From contig NC_045696.1 in the NCBI RefSeq assembly GCF_009834535.1, positions 63,552,001-63,616,000 on the forward strand: 64,000 bases of DNA. Reading direction: 5' to 3'. Source of the stretch: Camelus ferus. Lineage: Eukaryota. The position numbers and the translations under genes are program-made. Below are positions 49,366 through 61,935 of the stretch, in pieces; position 1 is the first letter of the stretch; every line of letters begins with the position of its first letter. The notes beneath the pieces were generated by a model. It saw only the letters and a program-made list of their open reading frames with translations. It had not been told where the DNA came from and did not search any database.

Positions 49366-51589
49366 GTGACGTCAGGGCACAGGTCTACAACTACTATGCT
49401 CTGCTGAGATGTAAGGATGCGGTCACTTACCGGCGGGGAACTCAAGGAAGGAGAATCACGTACAACCCAGAGGATGATGGAACCATTAACCAGAACTGAA
49501 TGTGAAGATGTGCTGAGTTTTAGGTACTTCTGTGGCCAGTACCTCCCCTGTTACTGGTGAGCTCTTTGAAAGACAGGATACTGAAGTCACTCACAGCTTC
49601 CAAAACGGAGCACTTGTCAGACTGCACGGGCATGAGCCTCAAAACTAGGGGGTCAAGATTCTGGAATCAGCTCTGTCAATAAGCTGCTGTGTGGTGAGTT
49701 TCTCCATCAGTAAAATGCAAGTGCTGGACAGGTGATGTTTCTTCCTCTGTAACACGGGCAAGTCTGCAGGGTTTCGAAACTCCAGTGGGCGCCGTCCACT
49801 TGAATTTCTCAAAGATAATGTGAACACTGGTGCCTGGGATTGTACAGGATGGGATTATTAAAGAGGGGGATGACCGTACCTGCTGGGGAATTCAATGAGT
49901 TAATAATATTGGTAAAGCGTTTGGGTCACACCTGGGATATGCAAGTGTTGGTTCTTATTGTTATTATTATCTCTAAATTTCTTCCAGCTGGAATATCTAG
50001 TGCCTGAGATCCTTTGAAATAGAGAAAAATACCCCACCGCCACCAGAAATAGAGAAAGTGAATTTGAACTTGAAGGACAAGACAGTCTATAGGCAGACTA
50101 TTTTCTCTCTTAAGTGGTTTGTTCCTTCTACCCGGTTATGTCTACTGAATTCCTTTGGCCCCCTCTCTAGCATCTTCTTCCCTGGAAACTCCCACGTCCA
50201 GGTGAGTGAGGAAAGCCCAGGTGTTGGCAGAGGCTGACTTGACCAGCACCTTCTCTGTCTGTCTCTGTCTCTATAGAGGATCCAAGTCATCTGTGGACAA
50301 CACATTCCCTGGTGAAGGCTGCTTTGCCTAATGTTCAGGACTCACTGCTGAGATGTCTGAACATAGTTGCACGAAGTGTGGAGCAATAGTGTGGTGTTCT
50401 CAAACTACTTCTGCATAATGATTCGATAAGGAAATCTAGATGAAAGGAAATATTTTCTGCTCTTCCTAAACGTTAATCAAGCAAAACCCTTTCCTGAGGA
50501 TGAGCTCATATATCAGTTTGGAAATGGTGTCTTCTGAGGAATTTCAAGAAATTCAGTTTCTTATTTTTCATTCATTCATTCATTCATTCCATCAACCAAC
50601 TTTTATTGTTTATTGACTACATGCCAAGCATACATTACATGTCAATGACCCTGTGCACTATTTATGTAGATTTGGAGTCAGAAGACTGGTTTTAAAATCC
50701 TCTACAACCCACTAACTTTGCCAGCTCCTCAGGGTTCTATCCTGCCTCACAGGGACGTGGTTATGGTCCACTGACTTTGTATACATTATGGATGTCATAT
50801 GTAAACAGATGTCAATATCAGGACACAAGAATGTGCTGGTGGGACAAACCTTAACTTTGTGGATAACCATGGAATTCTTGCTGACTAACACCACACTTAA
50901 ATGACTTCTCTCACAGGAGAGAGCCTGTGTTATTGTAGTGGGAAAGCAGCCTTTAGGCCACTTGCTTTATCTCTGGGCATGAATTAAACCTTTAAAACCC
51001 TTTGGGAGAGCTGCGATGCTTCACTTCCTATACAATTTGCCAAGTCAGTAATCCTCTAAGGCCATGTGACTTCCAATATTTTTCACCAACCGGTCATCAC
51101 CTCCCAATTTTTATACCTCAATGAATATTTCCTTATATCACATCATCATAATACACCTGCTAGTCTGCAGGAAAAAATCTTCCTTCTCACCTCCTCGAAA
51201 AGCCAGCGTGAAAGGAAAGAGACAAGGGTGGGTAACAGAACATTTCAGGTCTATTTGGGCATGGGCTTTGATGATTTGGCCAAAATTCTAGCTCATCAGT
51301 GGCAGAATAGGAGGAAGGTCAGTGTCCCTCTTGGGCTATTCTGCTTCTCAGTCATGCCCTTGGTTAGTCCATAAAGTATTGAGTTTGAAAAAGTGACATC
51401 TGACCACCCCATTCACAAGTCCCTAAGGCAGCTCTCGGAAGTGGTCAGAAGGCACTGGCCACTCTTGAGGACCTTGTGAAAATCTCAATTTCACACCCAT
51501 TCTGCTCATTCGTGAAACCCTCAGACTTCTGTTTGGAGCATAACACAGGTCAATTTTCTGGACCACTATGGACCCAACCACTGTTTACA

Positions 51590-51792
51590 TCTGTACTGCC
51601 TAGGACGGCAGCCACTAGCCACATGTGGATACTGAGCACCAGACATGGCATAGTCACCAGGGCCTGAAAACTTAATGCAAAAATAGGAGTGTAAAATATC
51701 TCATTAATAATTTCTAAATATTGATGACATATTAACATGATAATTTGAATATATTGATAAATAGATAAAGTACATTTTAAAATTAATTCTTG
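51590..51792 (-). mobile_element. MER33/MER3-type hAT-Charlie element
   Basis: GCAGCCACTAGCCACATGTGGATACTGAGCAC...GTAAAATATCTCATTAATAATTT...AAAATTAATT. Confidence 0.8.
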
Positions 51793-52237
51793 TTTTAAAA
51801 ATATAGTTGACATTATGTTAGTTTCAGGTGTACCACATAGTGATTTGACATTTGCACCCATTATGAAATGATCACCACCATAAGTCTAGTAACTGTCTGT
51901 CTCCATGCATGGTTATTGTAATATTATTGCCCATATTCTTCATGCTGTACATTACATCCCCTTGGCTTATTTATTTTCTAACTGGAGATTTGGACCTCTT
52001 TACCCCCTTCCCCTATTTCATCCAAAGCCCCGCTCCTCTGCCCTCTGGCAACCACTCATTTGTCCTCTGTATCTATGAGCCTGTTTTCATTTTGTTTTGT
52101 TTGTTTTGTTTTTTAGATTCCACACGTAAATGAGATCATGCAGTCTTTGTCTTTCTCTGACTTAATTCACTGAGCATAATACCCTCTAGATCCATCCATG
52201 TTGTCACAAATGGCAAGATTTCATTTGTTTAATGGCT
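51793..52237 (-). mobile_element. L1MA-type (laurasiatherian) L1 3' end
   Basis: GTTAGTTTCAGGTGTACCACATAGTGATTTGAC...CCCTCTGGCAACCAC...TTAGATTCCACACGTAAATGAGATCATGCAG...CATCCATGTTGTCACAAATGGCAAGATTTC. Confidence 0.88.
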
Positions 52238-55014
52238 TCCTGCGACCATCTAGCTAGACCTCAAAGAGAGCCGTGAACGTTCCTCCCTCATGTTGCCTCT
52301 GTCTGACATCAGCGTGTTTTCCAGTCCCTTGTCCATAGTGTACACTCCTGTTTCCTCTTCTAGTGACAGTCCTCTTTGTTGTCTGACAGATGATGATGAT
52401 TTAAGAAGCAGTAGCTTCAGAGAACCGGCGTTGTGGAAGTCTGAGAGAAGGGCTGACCCCAAGGTTTCATCCCCTCGTCCATGTAAAAGCACACCACATC
52501 TTTTTCTCTGTCTAAAATTCTTTCAATAAACTCATTTGAATGAAAGATAAAGTCATGAATATGAGATTCTGAACATGTTTATTGGTAAAAAGCATTTCAT
52601 TTCCTAGAAAATTGATTTCTGTTAGCCAGTGGGGGTAAGGGTAACCCACAGATCAGAAAGGAGAACGCTGGGCCAGATGACCTTGAGAATGTCCTTCCAG
52701 CTCTAAGAGCAAGTCTGTAAATCCCTGTCCCAGGGTTTTATCCACTCTGGGTGGGAGCTATCTCAGGGCTGGAGAGAGCACATGCATCAGTTAGAGCTCG
52801 GGGAGGAAGCCTCATCTGCACAGACATTTGTCCTCTAGAAACAGAGTTAAGGTCAATTCCTTTGCCAAGAAGCAACAAACTGCCTTCTCAACTGGGTCAG
52901 TAGAATAGGAGTTAAAGGCCTCAAGTGAAATCAAGTCTCCTCGGAGAGACTTTCTGAACTTTCGGAACATGCGTCGATAAACTGGCCTGGACCCAGAATT
53001 CACTGAAGGGAGGAGAAACACGAAAGACTATGATAGACCTGAGGATTACGTTATTGGCTCTCCCTACAACAGCTGTCTGGCAAGTGTTACACTGCGTCTG
53101 AGATTATTTTAGAAACTTTGTCTTGAAGAAGCACACGTAGAAAGAACACCAGACAGATCTGCTTTCATTTTTTTTTTGTCACAGAATAAGAATTGGAAGG
53201 ATGTCTGTACTTTTAGTGAGATCATCCCAGCGATGGTCTTGTGATTTTTTGAAACTTAAATCATGTCACATCTAATAAATTTACAGCCAGGTGTGGTTAC
53301 GGCAATGAGTTGATACCAAGGGCTGCTGAGGTCTTCCTCCTCGTCTTCCTGTTCCTTTGCCTCATTATCATGGCAAATAGAATCTTCAAAAGATGTATAA
53401 AACCCGAGAATTTTGCCAAGTATCCTTACCCATTCTAAATGAAATACCTATTCAGTGGTAAAATGATAAATGATATCTGCTTTCCTAAATTTCTTTTCAG
53501 GCCTCATTTTCTGCCCAAATGTCGTATTTTCAGGACTTAGTGAAACAGACTATGCTAGAGAGAAAGAAAAGAAAGAAATGGTACCGTGAGGGGTGGAATA
53601 AGAATTACAGCAAGATGGTGATCAGAGTATAACAAAACTCAGTGTAGCTCCTGGGGTGTATACTTTTGGGGGGTGAGTGAGAAGCTGGTCTAGCATGAAC
53701 CCCTCACCATGTTCTTGCTCACATCAGAATTCCAGGTGAAGGAGCCATTTGTCGATGTGTATCATTTACATCAATGGAGTGTCTGAACTCTTGACTTGTA
53801 AACACGCGACTCACAGCCATTACCTGCAGATGCCACCTGAGCGGTTCTAATGATGAAGTTTGGGGGTGTGTATGTGTGTGTGTTGGTTACTTTACACACT
53901 AATTATGGGGAGTTTTTGTGGCTAATCTGGAAATCAAACCATAATTTGTAACATGATTTCCACATTCTAAATAATAATTTATATAAGAACTTTTGGAACA
54001 GAGCAGGATAGTGAGTTGGGGACATCCTGTTCCGCTTGGAGAGAATGGAGGGTCAGTGCAGCTTCCTGTGGAATGCTGTGGAAACCTTCCACACATTCCC
54101 CAGACACGCCATTTCTTTGAAAAGAAGAACTGAAACAGCTAAGATGGACACATGTAGGGAACGCTGGTTGTCTGCAGACTTCATTTACTCTTCGCAAAGG
54201 AAATGGGTATGTGCTGACTGCATGTCTCCCCTTATTCACAGCCTGCCTTTGCTTTCTCTTCTGCCTTCTCTGGGTTATACTAAGCTAAATCATATGTTCA
54301 CTAGGTGTTGTAGATTTCCTAAAGTCTGCAAGAAAAATAGACTTACTGATCGACCCAGACAATGATGAGTGCATTAAGACCACGAGGGAGGAAGGAAGGG
54401 AAGGAAGAAGGAAGGGAGGGCAAACCAGTCATTGGTAGACAAGAAGAGACATACCCTGCATGGTAATTCATTGGAAATTCATCATTTAGTGGAAGGCAGT
54501 AGAGACCAGGGGAGAATCCAACACAGGAAGGCATTGTTTTGTGTGGTGGCGAGCTGGTGCTGCTTTTATTCATCTTTATTCATCTGATGAGAACACATTC
54601 ATTTCTGATGATTCCCCTTTTGAAGAAAACCAGCATTCATATTACAAAATTAAATTAAAAAAACACAAACCTTAAAGTGTTCTTTTAGATGGGAACCATC
54701 TTAATACCCTTCAGTGTTTTGTTTTTCAGAACTGTTTTTTTGTTGTTGTTGGCTGGGTCAAACTTAAAGGTAAAATGAAAGAGCCATTGCCAACTGTAAA
54801 CGACTACCAATTATCAATTTAAACTAGGATAACAGGACCAGTTTATAGACATTGCATGCAAGTCTTTCCAGCCCTGCAGAAAGGCCACCTCAGCAGGCAG
54901 GTTACTGCCCTGCCCTGTGATACCTCCCTTGAGGGAAGGAGCCTATTTCCTGGAAGAAGTGATCAAAAAATGCTTAGTATTCACTACTTTGACTTGTTTG
55001 TATCTGAATTTCTT

Positions 55015-55815
55015 CATTAAATTTTTTAATTTTGCAATGATTCCGTACTTACACAAAAGTTGCAAAAAAAAATACCCCACCTTTTTTCTGGAGTCTGAAT
55101 ACTTTAGTGTGTAATTTCTACAAACAAGGAAATTCCCTTACATAATATAATGCAACCATCAAAACAAGGAAACTAACATTGACACATTGCTACCATCTAA
55201 TCCTCAGATGCCACTCAAGTTTTGACAATCAAATAATGTTTGTTATAACAAAAGGACCCCATTCAGGCTTACCTGTTGCACGTAGCTGTCATGTTTCTTA
55301 AGTCCCTTCCTTCAGAATGGTGCCTTCATCTTTACCTGACTTGCATGGCTTTGATACTGTTGAATACCGCCTTCTGATTACTTTGTAGAGTGTCCCTCAG
55401 CTGGCATTTGTCTGATATTTCCTCTTGATTTGTCATTGTAAAATTACTTTTTCTCTTTGTAATTAGTAAGAGTTTTGTGTGGAAGTACTCTGAAACTCTG
55501 CAAATTTCTCATTTCTTAAACTTTCACCTACTAGTTTTAACATCTACTGAAGTTTCTCAGATGATTGACTTATTACTACGATGGTTGTTAAATGGTAATT
55601 TTTCAAATTCCATCATTTCTTCATTTATTGATTGGCATGTTACTGTAAGAAAAAGCTTCCTTGCCTCTTTTTCTTTGAGCAGGGACTTACAGATTTCTGT
55701 CTTAATGATTGCAATATATTACTGTCACTATTTATTTTGTTAAATAGATTGTTCCAGATTTGACCTGCAGGAGGGCTTCCCAGCTGACTTCTGTGTCTTT
55801 TTTTCATATATCCTC
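55015..55815 (-). mobile_element. L1MC-type fragment
   Basis: CTTACACAAAAGTTGCAAAA...TACTTTAGTGTGTAATTTCTACAAACAAGG...TTTGTAGAGTGTCCCTC...TAAATAGATTGTTCCAGATTTGAC. Confidence 0.75.
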
Positions 55816-56261
55816 ATCTTCCTTGGGAAGGCCGTGAGTCTTGTGAATGGTAGCTCTGCTGAGCTCGACAGAAAGGGGACTGTTCTTAGAGTCTGAAGAC
55901 CTGAGCCGCAGTCTCCTTGGCTTCTTTCATTCCTAGCTGGGTATCCTTGGGAGAGTGGCTCTTCTGCTTGAAGGCTGTAAATGGGGGTAATCAATACCTA
56001 TATTATGTGTAATATCTATGTGAGCTGAATTAAATCTGTATAAAAGGAAGCCTAATATTGATCTTATTAATCATGAAATGTAGTACTCATAAAAATTTCA
56101 TTGCATTTGAAAACAATCTAGTTAGATTTTCCTGGGTCTGTATGAGGATTTTCCGAGAACATTGTAGAAAAATCAAACAAGTTACTTTTAGCCAATTACT
56201 TTCAAAAGCAAAAATTATAAAAGAGCCATGAAAAAAATTTTAAATAAAAATGATATTTGAG

Positions 56262-56346
56262 TGGGTGGGTATAGCTCACTGGTAGAGTACATGCTTAGCA
56301 TGCATGAGGTCTTGTGTTCAATCCCCAGTATCTCCACTAGAAAAAT
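56262..56346 (+). mobile_element. Vic-1-like SINE (short)
   Basis: GGGTATAGCTCACTGGTAGAGTACATGCTTAGCATGCATGAGGTCTTGTGTTCAATCCCCAGTATCTCCACT. Confidence 0.9.
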
Positions 56347-57010
56347 TTCTTTGATGTGGGATGTATATGTATTTTAAGATGTTTAAAGTGATATGAGGTG
56401 GGAACCCCAAACTAGGAGAATTGAGGGCTTATGAAAGACTTAAGCCAGCTAGACCAGTGAGATAGTGAGCTGCTTGTTCCTGGGGTGGAAGGTGGGTAAT
56501 ATCACAGAGGCTGGACAGCCAGAGTTTTGTGGACCCAGAAGTGCCTTTCTGTGATTGTGAGCAGATGGTACCCCACTCTGGGCCTCAGGGTCCTCCATAA
56601 AACCAAAAATAAATATGCAAAAATTCTTTAACCTCTTAAACCTCTAAAAACTGTCTGAAGACGTTGGACTATGTGATCTCTCTCCATCCTCAAGACTCTA
56701 AAATGCTATGGACCATCCCCTGAGCTTTGATTCCAGGAGCTATTTATTTTGAGCATCAGTTTCTGCAGAGCCCATAATCAAGGATTCAACTTCTCTCACT
56801 GCTGCTGTCTTCCTCGGAGAGGAAATAGACGGGTTGGGCTTTGTGAGCTGGCATCTCCCCTCTTTAAACATAACCGAGGCCCCGCCCTAGGGACTGGGCA
56901 GAAAGAGAGGCTTTCCTCCTAATCCATTAGTATACTGGTTTGTAGTTCCTGCCCTTCAGTGTTATATCAAAGGGAGGACCTCATGAGAAAGGATATTTTG
57001 CTAAGGAGGA

Positions 57011-57230
57011 GTATTAGTTTCCCATGGTTGTCGTAACTAATTAGCACAAACTGGGTGGCTGAAAATAATGGTAATTTATTTTCTCACAGTTCTGGAGGCT
57101 AAAAGTCCAAACTCAAGATGTTAGCAGGGCTGGAGGCTCCGTGCAAAAGCTCTAGGGGAGAGTCTTCCCTTGCCTCTTTTAGCTTCCAGTGGCTCCCTGT
57201 GTTCTTTGGTTTGTGGCTGCATCACTCCTG
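57011..57230 (-). mobile_element. MLT1C-type LTR fragment
   Basis: GTATTAGTTTCC...CACAAACTGGGTGGCT...AATTTATTTTCTCACAGTTCTGGAGGCTAAAAGTCC. Confidence 0.85.
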
Positions 57231-57417
57231 GCTCTTAGCTGAGCGCTAGAGGGTTGGGTGATGGTGGATAGAGAGGGCACTGTGAACAGTGTCAGGGAGA
57301 GGGAAGGATGGAGAGAGTGAGGAGTGTGCACTTAACCCCTTCTGATCATCAGCAGCCCTGTAGGTTAGTGAGGGCCATTCTGAGCACCCATCTCTCTTCC
57401 TTGCCAAAGGAGAGTGC

Positions 57418-57790
57418 TGTATCAGTCATTTAGGCTTGATTCTGCTGCAGTCACAAACACTCCAAAATCTCAGTGGCTCACACAACAAACATTTCTTCGT
57501 GTACTCGCCTTAGGTCTCTGATAGGTTGACAGCAGGACCGCTCCAGGTCACCTTCATTTGGGGACCAGGCTGATGCTGATGGAGTGGTGGATTGGGAATA
57601 TGGCTGGCCAGTCTTGTAGCAGAGAGATAAGAGTGTGTGATAAAAACCTTGAGCTGGTGCTTGAATCTACTGCCTGGAAGTGACGGTGCCATTCCTGCTC
57701 ATTTCACTGGCCAGGACAAACCACATGGCCAAGTCTGATGTCGATGAGGAAGAGAAAGATCATCTCTTCCCAGGGAGGGGTGGTGAAAGT
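57418..57790 (-). mobile_element. MLT1J/K/L-type LTR
   Basis: TGTATCAGTCA...GCTGCAGTCACAAACACTCCAAAATCTCAGTGGCT...GCTCATTTCACTGGCCAG...CACATGGCCAAGTCTGA. Confidence 0.8.
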
Positions 57791-58324
57791 TTATGAGCCA
57801 CAGTAAGGCAAGCCTCAGGTGCCATGGGAAGAGCCCTTCTATCTGCTGAAAAGCTGTGTAGCTTCCTCTACTGCTTCCCACATGGAAGACTGCTGCTCAT
57901 CCAGGCTTTCTTGAAACGCTTAGTATTCAATTCTCCAAGGATTGTGCTGTCTGCATGTTTTGGCTGTACCCTACTCCCCTACTCTTTATCCTGTACTGTC
58001 CAGGACTCCCACCCCTCCTCATTCCCCACCTCCTAGGAAAAAAACATCGAGTTATAGTTTCATGCCATTCTCTGGGAGAAGAGCTCCTGTTGGGACTAGG
58101 CTTTCCAAACATAATCTACTCTGAGCGTCTCAAGCATAGTTATTTTCACAGCAGCCGTGGGAAGAACACTTTGCTCCTTCCTCTGTTTGCAGAGGCTCTC
58201 AGACTCTCGCCCTGAAGCCACAGATGGAATCATCCATGGATCCCAAGAGTCTTCAACTATTAAGGCAGAAGAAGCCTTAGACAGGTAGAGTGCAGCTTCC
58301 ATGCACCCAGTGGTCCAGAGATGA

Positions 58325-59230
58325 ACTGCCAGTGTTCTGTAAGTTCCCTAAATGGTAAGTAAAACTGTGTGAAAGTATATGTCCAGTGCATGTGTATTTT
58401 CTAGGGCCAGGAATCATAGCTTACACTGGATTCCCAAAGAATCTATGAATCCAGGAAGATTAAGGACCATGGAATCTAATCCATGCACCAAATGAACTGA
58501 CTCTAAAGCATTACCTAACTTCATCAAAAGCCTTTTCCCTACACCTTGGTTTCGTTTCAGTGAATTAATTTCTCTACAATTACAACCCCATCTGGGAGAA
58601 AGGAAGACGCTTTGGAAAGTAACACTGACTTCTAAAGCCAGGAGGGTATCCTTTGGCGCATTCCTACCCCGGCAATTATTACCCTTTGAATGCCTGCAGA
58701 GCTCCCTCCAGCCTTCCCTTTGGTCTCCGTGGGGACTCATTATGTTTCTAAAAGGCAAGTAGGAAGCCTTACAGTGCTGGTTTACCAGAAGAATTTGTTT
58801 CGGGAATTTCAGACAGGGCAGCTTCTGTCTTGTAAGGAAATTTACATCCCATGAAGCTGAATAGGGAATGACTGGCAGATGATGGTAATAGGCTTCATCA
58901 GTATTACGTGTCTACCAGGCAAAGAACCAATATGTTTTAATAGTACAGGTTATTTATTCTCCTTTATTGAAAGTAGTTGGAGGTGACTGGTATTTCCTTT
59001 CTACAGATAAAGAAACTTTGGGTCAATGTTTTATTAGCCTCTCGGAGCAGAGATTCTTAACAGGGTCCTTGGATGGGGCTTCAGGGATCTGTGAACTCCT
59101 GAAATGATCTGCAGAGACAAGAAAGAATTTGTATATGCATTTGGGAGGGAAGGAGAGAGGGCAGGACGTGAGATTTTCGTCAAATTCTGCAAAGTTCTGA
59201 GACTGTAAAAGGTTCAAAACCACTACCCTA
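58325..59230. mobile_element. Two hAT-Charlie (MER103/MER112-like) fragments
   Basis: CATAGCTTACACTGGATTCCCAAAG...AAGATTAAGGACCA (58330-58475) and ATTTTCGTCAAATTCTGCAAAG...AAAAGGTTCAAAACCACT (59050-59225). Confidence 0.55.
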
Positions 59231-60675
59231 GGGAGTCTGTTCTTGTAAAATAATTGGCAGATTATTTCAATCTTGACGTTCAGCCCTATCTTTTTAAGTG
59301 AGTTCTCTTTCTTTCCTTGGTTACTGACCTTCACAACAGCAAACAAACTAGAAAGCAAGACCAGGAGGAGTCACATTAAGATATGTTTCCCTTACCTATC
59401 TCTCTTCTGGAAAGTTTAAAATCTTACTTCTACCCATGATCATCCCACATGTGTTGGAGTCCCAGTATGACAGAGTGGAAAGAAATCTTAAAAGTCTTCA
59501 GGACTCGTGGATGGGAAACTGAGGCTTAGAGTGGCGATCACACACATAATAAATCAGTGATCAAGTGAATGTTCATTCTGTTCTGAGAAATCAACTCCCA
59601 TCTCAGCTGGGGACCTCTTGCCAATATTTTAAAACAAATGCCAGTTCCATATGACTCATTTTTCTTGACACTATGCAAATGAGGTAAATGAGACTGAGTG
59701 TCCTTCTGTCCAGAGAGCAGGAAGTGAAGCCTGTCTGGGGCCACACGTTCCCTTGGGACACGCTGTAGTGTCAGAAAGGAGTTCTGGAAGAAGCAGGCCT
59801 TTGTCCATTTCTGTTTCACAAGTGAGCCCCTCCTCCTGGCCAGGGCTGGAGAGGTGGCTCCCAACCCACTTCCCCTGAGAGTGTTAAACCAAAGCGCATC
59901 TCCTCAGGATGCCCATTAGGGTCGGCTCTCTCCAGAGCTGCCATCAGACCTCCTTTCCTCCTCAGCCTGGCTTCCCATCCAGGGAAATGTTGACTTTTCC
60001 TGCTTAGAGGTTCTGAGCCAAACAGTCCCTCCCAGGAGAAGCAGAACTACGGTCACAAGGCAGCTGAGACTTGGGGACCCAAGGAGAAGCGGGCCGATGT
60101 TGCTGGCGTGTGCTGGACTCTCTCTGTGGCTCTCTGCCTCACAGGCAGGCTGCACTCTAGCTGGAGGGACCCTGAGCCTCTCCAACCTCTGTGAGGGGTA
60201 AAGTCTTGTGTTAATCTCACTAACAAGCAGTCAGTCTCAGAACCTGGCTGTGCCCTTGTTTCTTCCCAGGGGACGTGACGGTGTTTCTTCAGAGGGACCC
60301 GTGATAAGACACCTTCAAAATGTAGTGATTCATAAGAAGGATGTTATTTCCTGCAGAGTAGGAAAGTTGGACGATCCTTTTACATATTATTTACTAGTTA
60401 GACAGATGAGGAAACCAGAAAGGGGCAGCTGCCTGAGGGCCCAGAGCCAGGAGGTAGCAGACCTGGGCAAGAGGCCTGGGTCTTGTGACTGAGCTGTGTG
60501 CTTGGGGCGGCTCTCCACCCGGCGTCTTTCTGTCTTCCCTCACACTCAGGGAGCTTCCTCTAACCTCAATCTCCAAACTGTACTGTGGGTTAACTGGTGG
60601 GGGAGGGGGGGCAAGTCAATATTCCAAGAACTAAAGAATGCAGATCAAAAGATCTGCCAAAGCATCTAAGGGACT

Positions 60676-60677
<2 letters not shown>

Positions 60678-60713
<36 letters not shown>

Positions 60714-60925
60714 TACTGAAGTATAGTTGATTTACAATGTTGTGTAAGTTTCAGATGTACAGCAAAGTGATTGGGTTTTATACCTATTCTTTTTCAGATT
60801 CTTTTCTGTTAGAGGTTACTACACGATACTGAATATAGTTTCCTGTGCTAGGACCTTCCTGTTTATCTGTTTTATATATAGTAGTGAGTGTATTTAATCC
60901 CAAATTCTGAATTTATCCCTCCCCT
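60678..60925 (-). mobile_element. L1 3' end with (CAT)12 tail and exact TSD
   Basis: (CAT)12 at 60678-60713, then TACTGAAGTATAGTTGATTTACAATGTTGTG; 14-bp TSD ATCTAAGGGACTTT at 60664-60677 and 60926-60939. Confidence 0.92.
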
Positions 60926-61319
60926 ATCTAAGGGACTTTTGAACACATCATGGAAGTGGAGGGCTCCCCCCCTTCTTCAGCAGTCAGGATCGTGCGCAGA
61001 CCCTGGCCTTCTGCCTCTAAGTTCGCTGGGTGCCAGGCCACGCCCAGAGCCCAGGGCTCCTATTAGGACTTGGCCACAGCAAGCTATCCATCCGCACACG
61101 TGTCCAGGGCCACTTTTTGGGGGGAAAAGTTCTCATCACCTGCCCCCCGGAGACTTGCAATCACGCCTCCCCACTCTCTCCCCCCCTGCCCAGCCCCTCT
61201 CGGGTTGTGCAGGAGCCAAAGGGGATTTGTGCAGAGGAGCCACAGGCACAGGTCCAAGCCCAGCCCAGACCCAGGAGCTTGACCTGAGACAAGAGGATAA
61301 CCCAGGACAACACACTCAA

Positions 61320-61935
61320 CTCCCCGGACGAGGAGGGGCGGTCCGGCAGCCAGAAAGAAAACGCCTGGGCTTTTTATTGAATCCATAAAACAGGAGGTGA
61401 GGGGGTTCTGGGTGGGGGAGGAACGCCTGCTGATTTATGGCGCTGGTCGGGAGAGGAGGAGAGCAGGGAGCTCTTTCCAGCTCGGCGGGCGGCGTGTGAT
61501 TCATTTCCCCCGGGGCCGCGGGGCCGGCGGGCGGGCAGGCAGCCTCGGGCCGCCGCGCACCCCGCGCTCGTTTATTTACGGTGGTTTATCAGCCGCAGCG
61601 CGCGGCGATAAAGTTTATGAAAAGAGGCGGCGTCCCCGGCCGGCGGGCCGGCCCGCGCTCCTTTCCCACACTGATTAGGATCGAGCAGGGCTTTGGGAGC
61701 TGCAGTTAAGGATCTCGGGTGCCCGGAGCCGCGTCTCCCCCCTTCCCGCCCCGCCCGCCGGCTGCCCGGCTGCTGCCCTGCGTGGGCGCCGAGGTCAGGG
61801 TTGCGGCTGCGGCCGTTCCCGGGCGGGGGAGGGGAGAACCGCCCCGCGGGGCAGGGCGAGGGGGAGGACGAGCGCCCGGCCAGGCCTGGCTGCTGGAGAG
61901 GAAGAGAAAAAGGGTTCGCAGAAAAATGCGCAGTC
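61320..61935. promoter_or_regulatory. CpG island with clustered HOX/CDX/PBX motifs (candidate developmental enhancer)
   Basis: CpG-dense; TTTATTG 61373, CCATAAAA 61383, TGATTTATGG 61431, TGATTCAT 61497, TTTACGG 61575, TTTATC 61585, GATAAA 61607, TTTATGA 61614. Confidence 0.75.

Noticed and set aside
52388..52458. C/D snoRNA-like boxes (ATGATGA ... CTGA)
   Set aside because: The C box lies in a (GAT)n run, there is no terminal stem, and I see no recognisable rRNA or snRNA guide.
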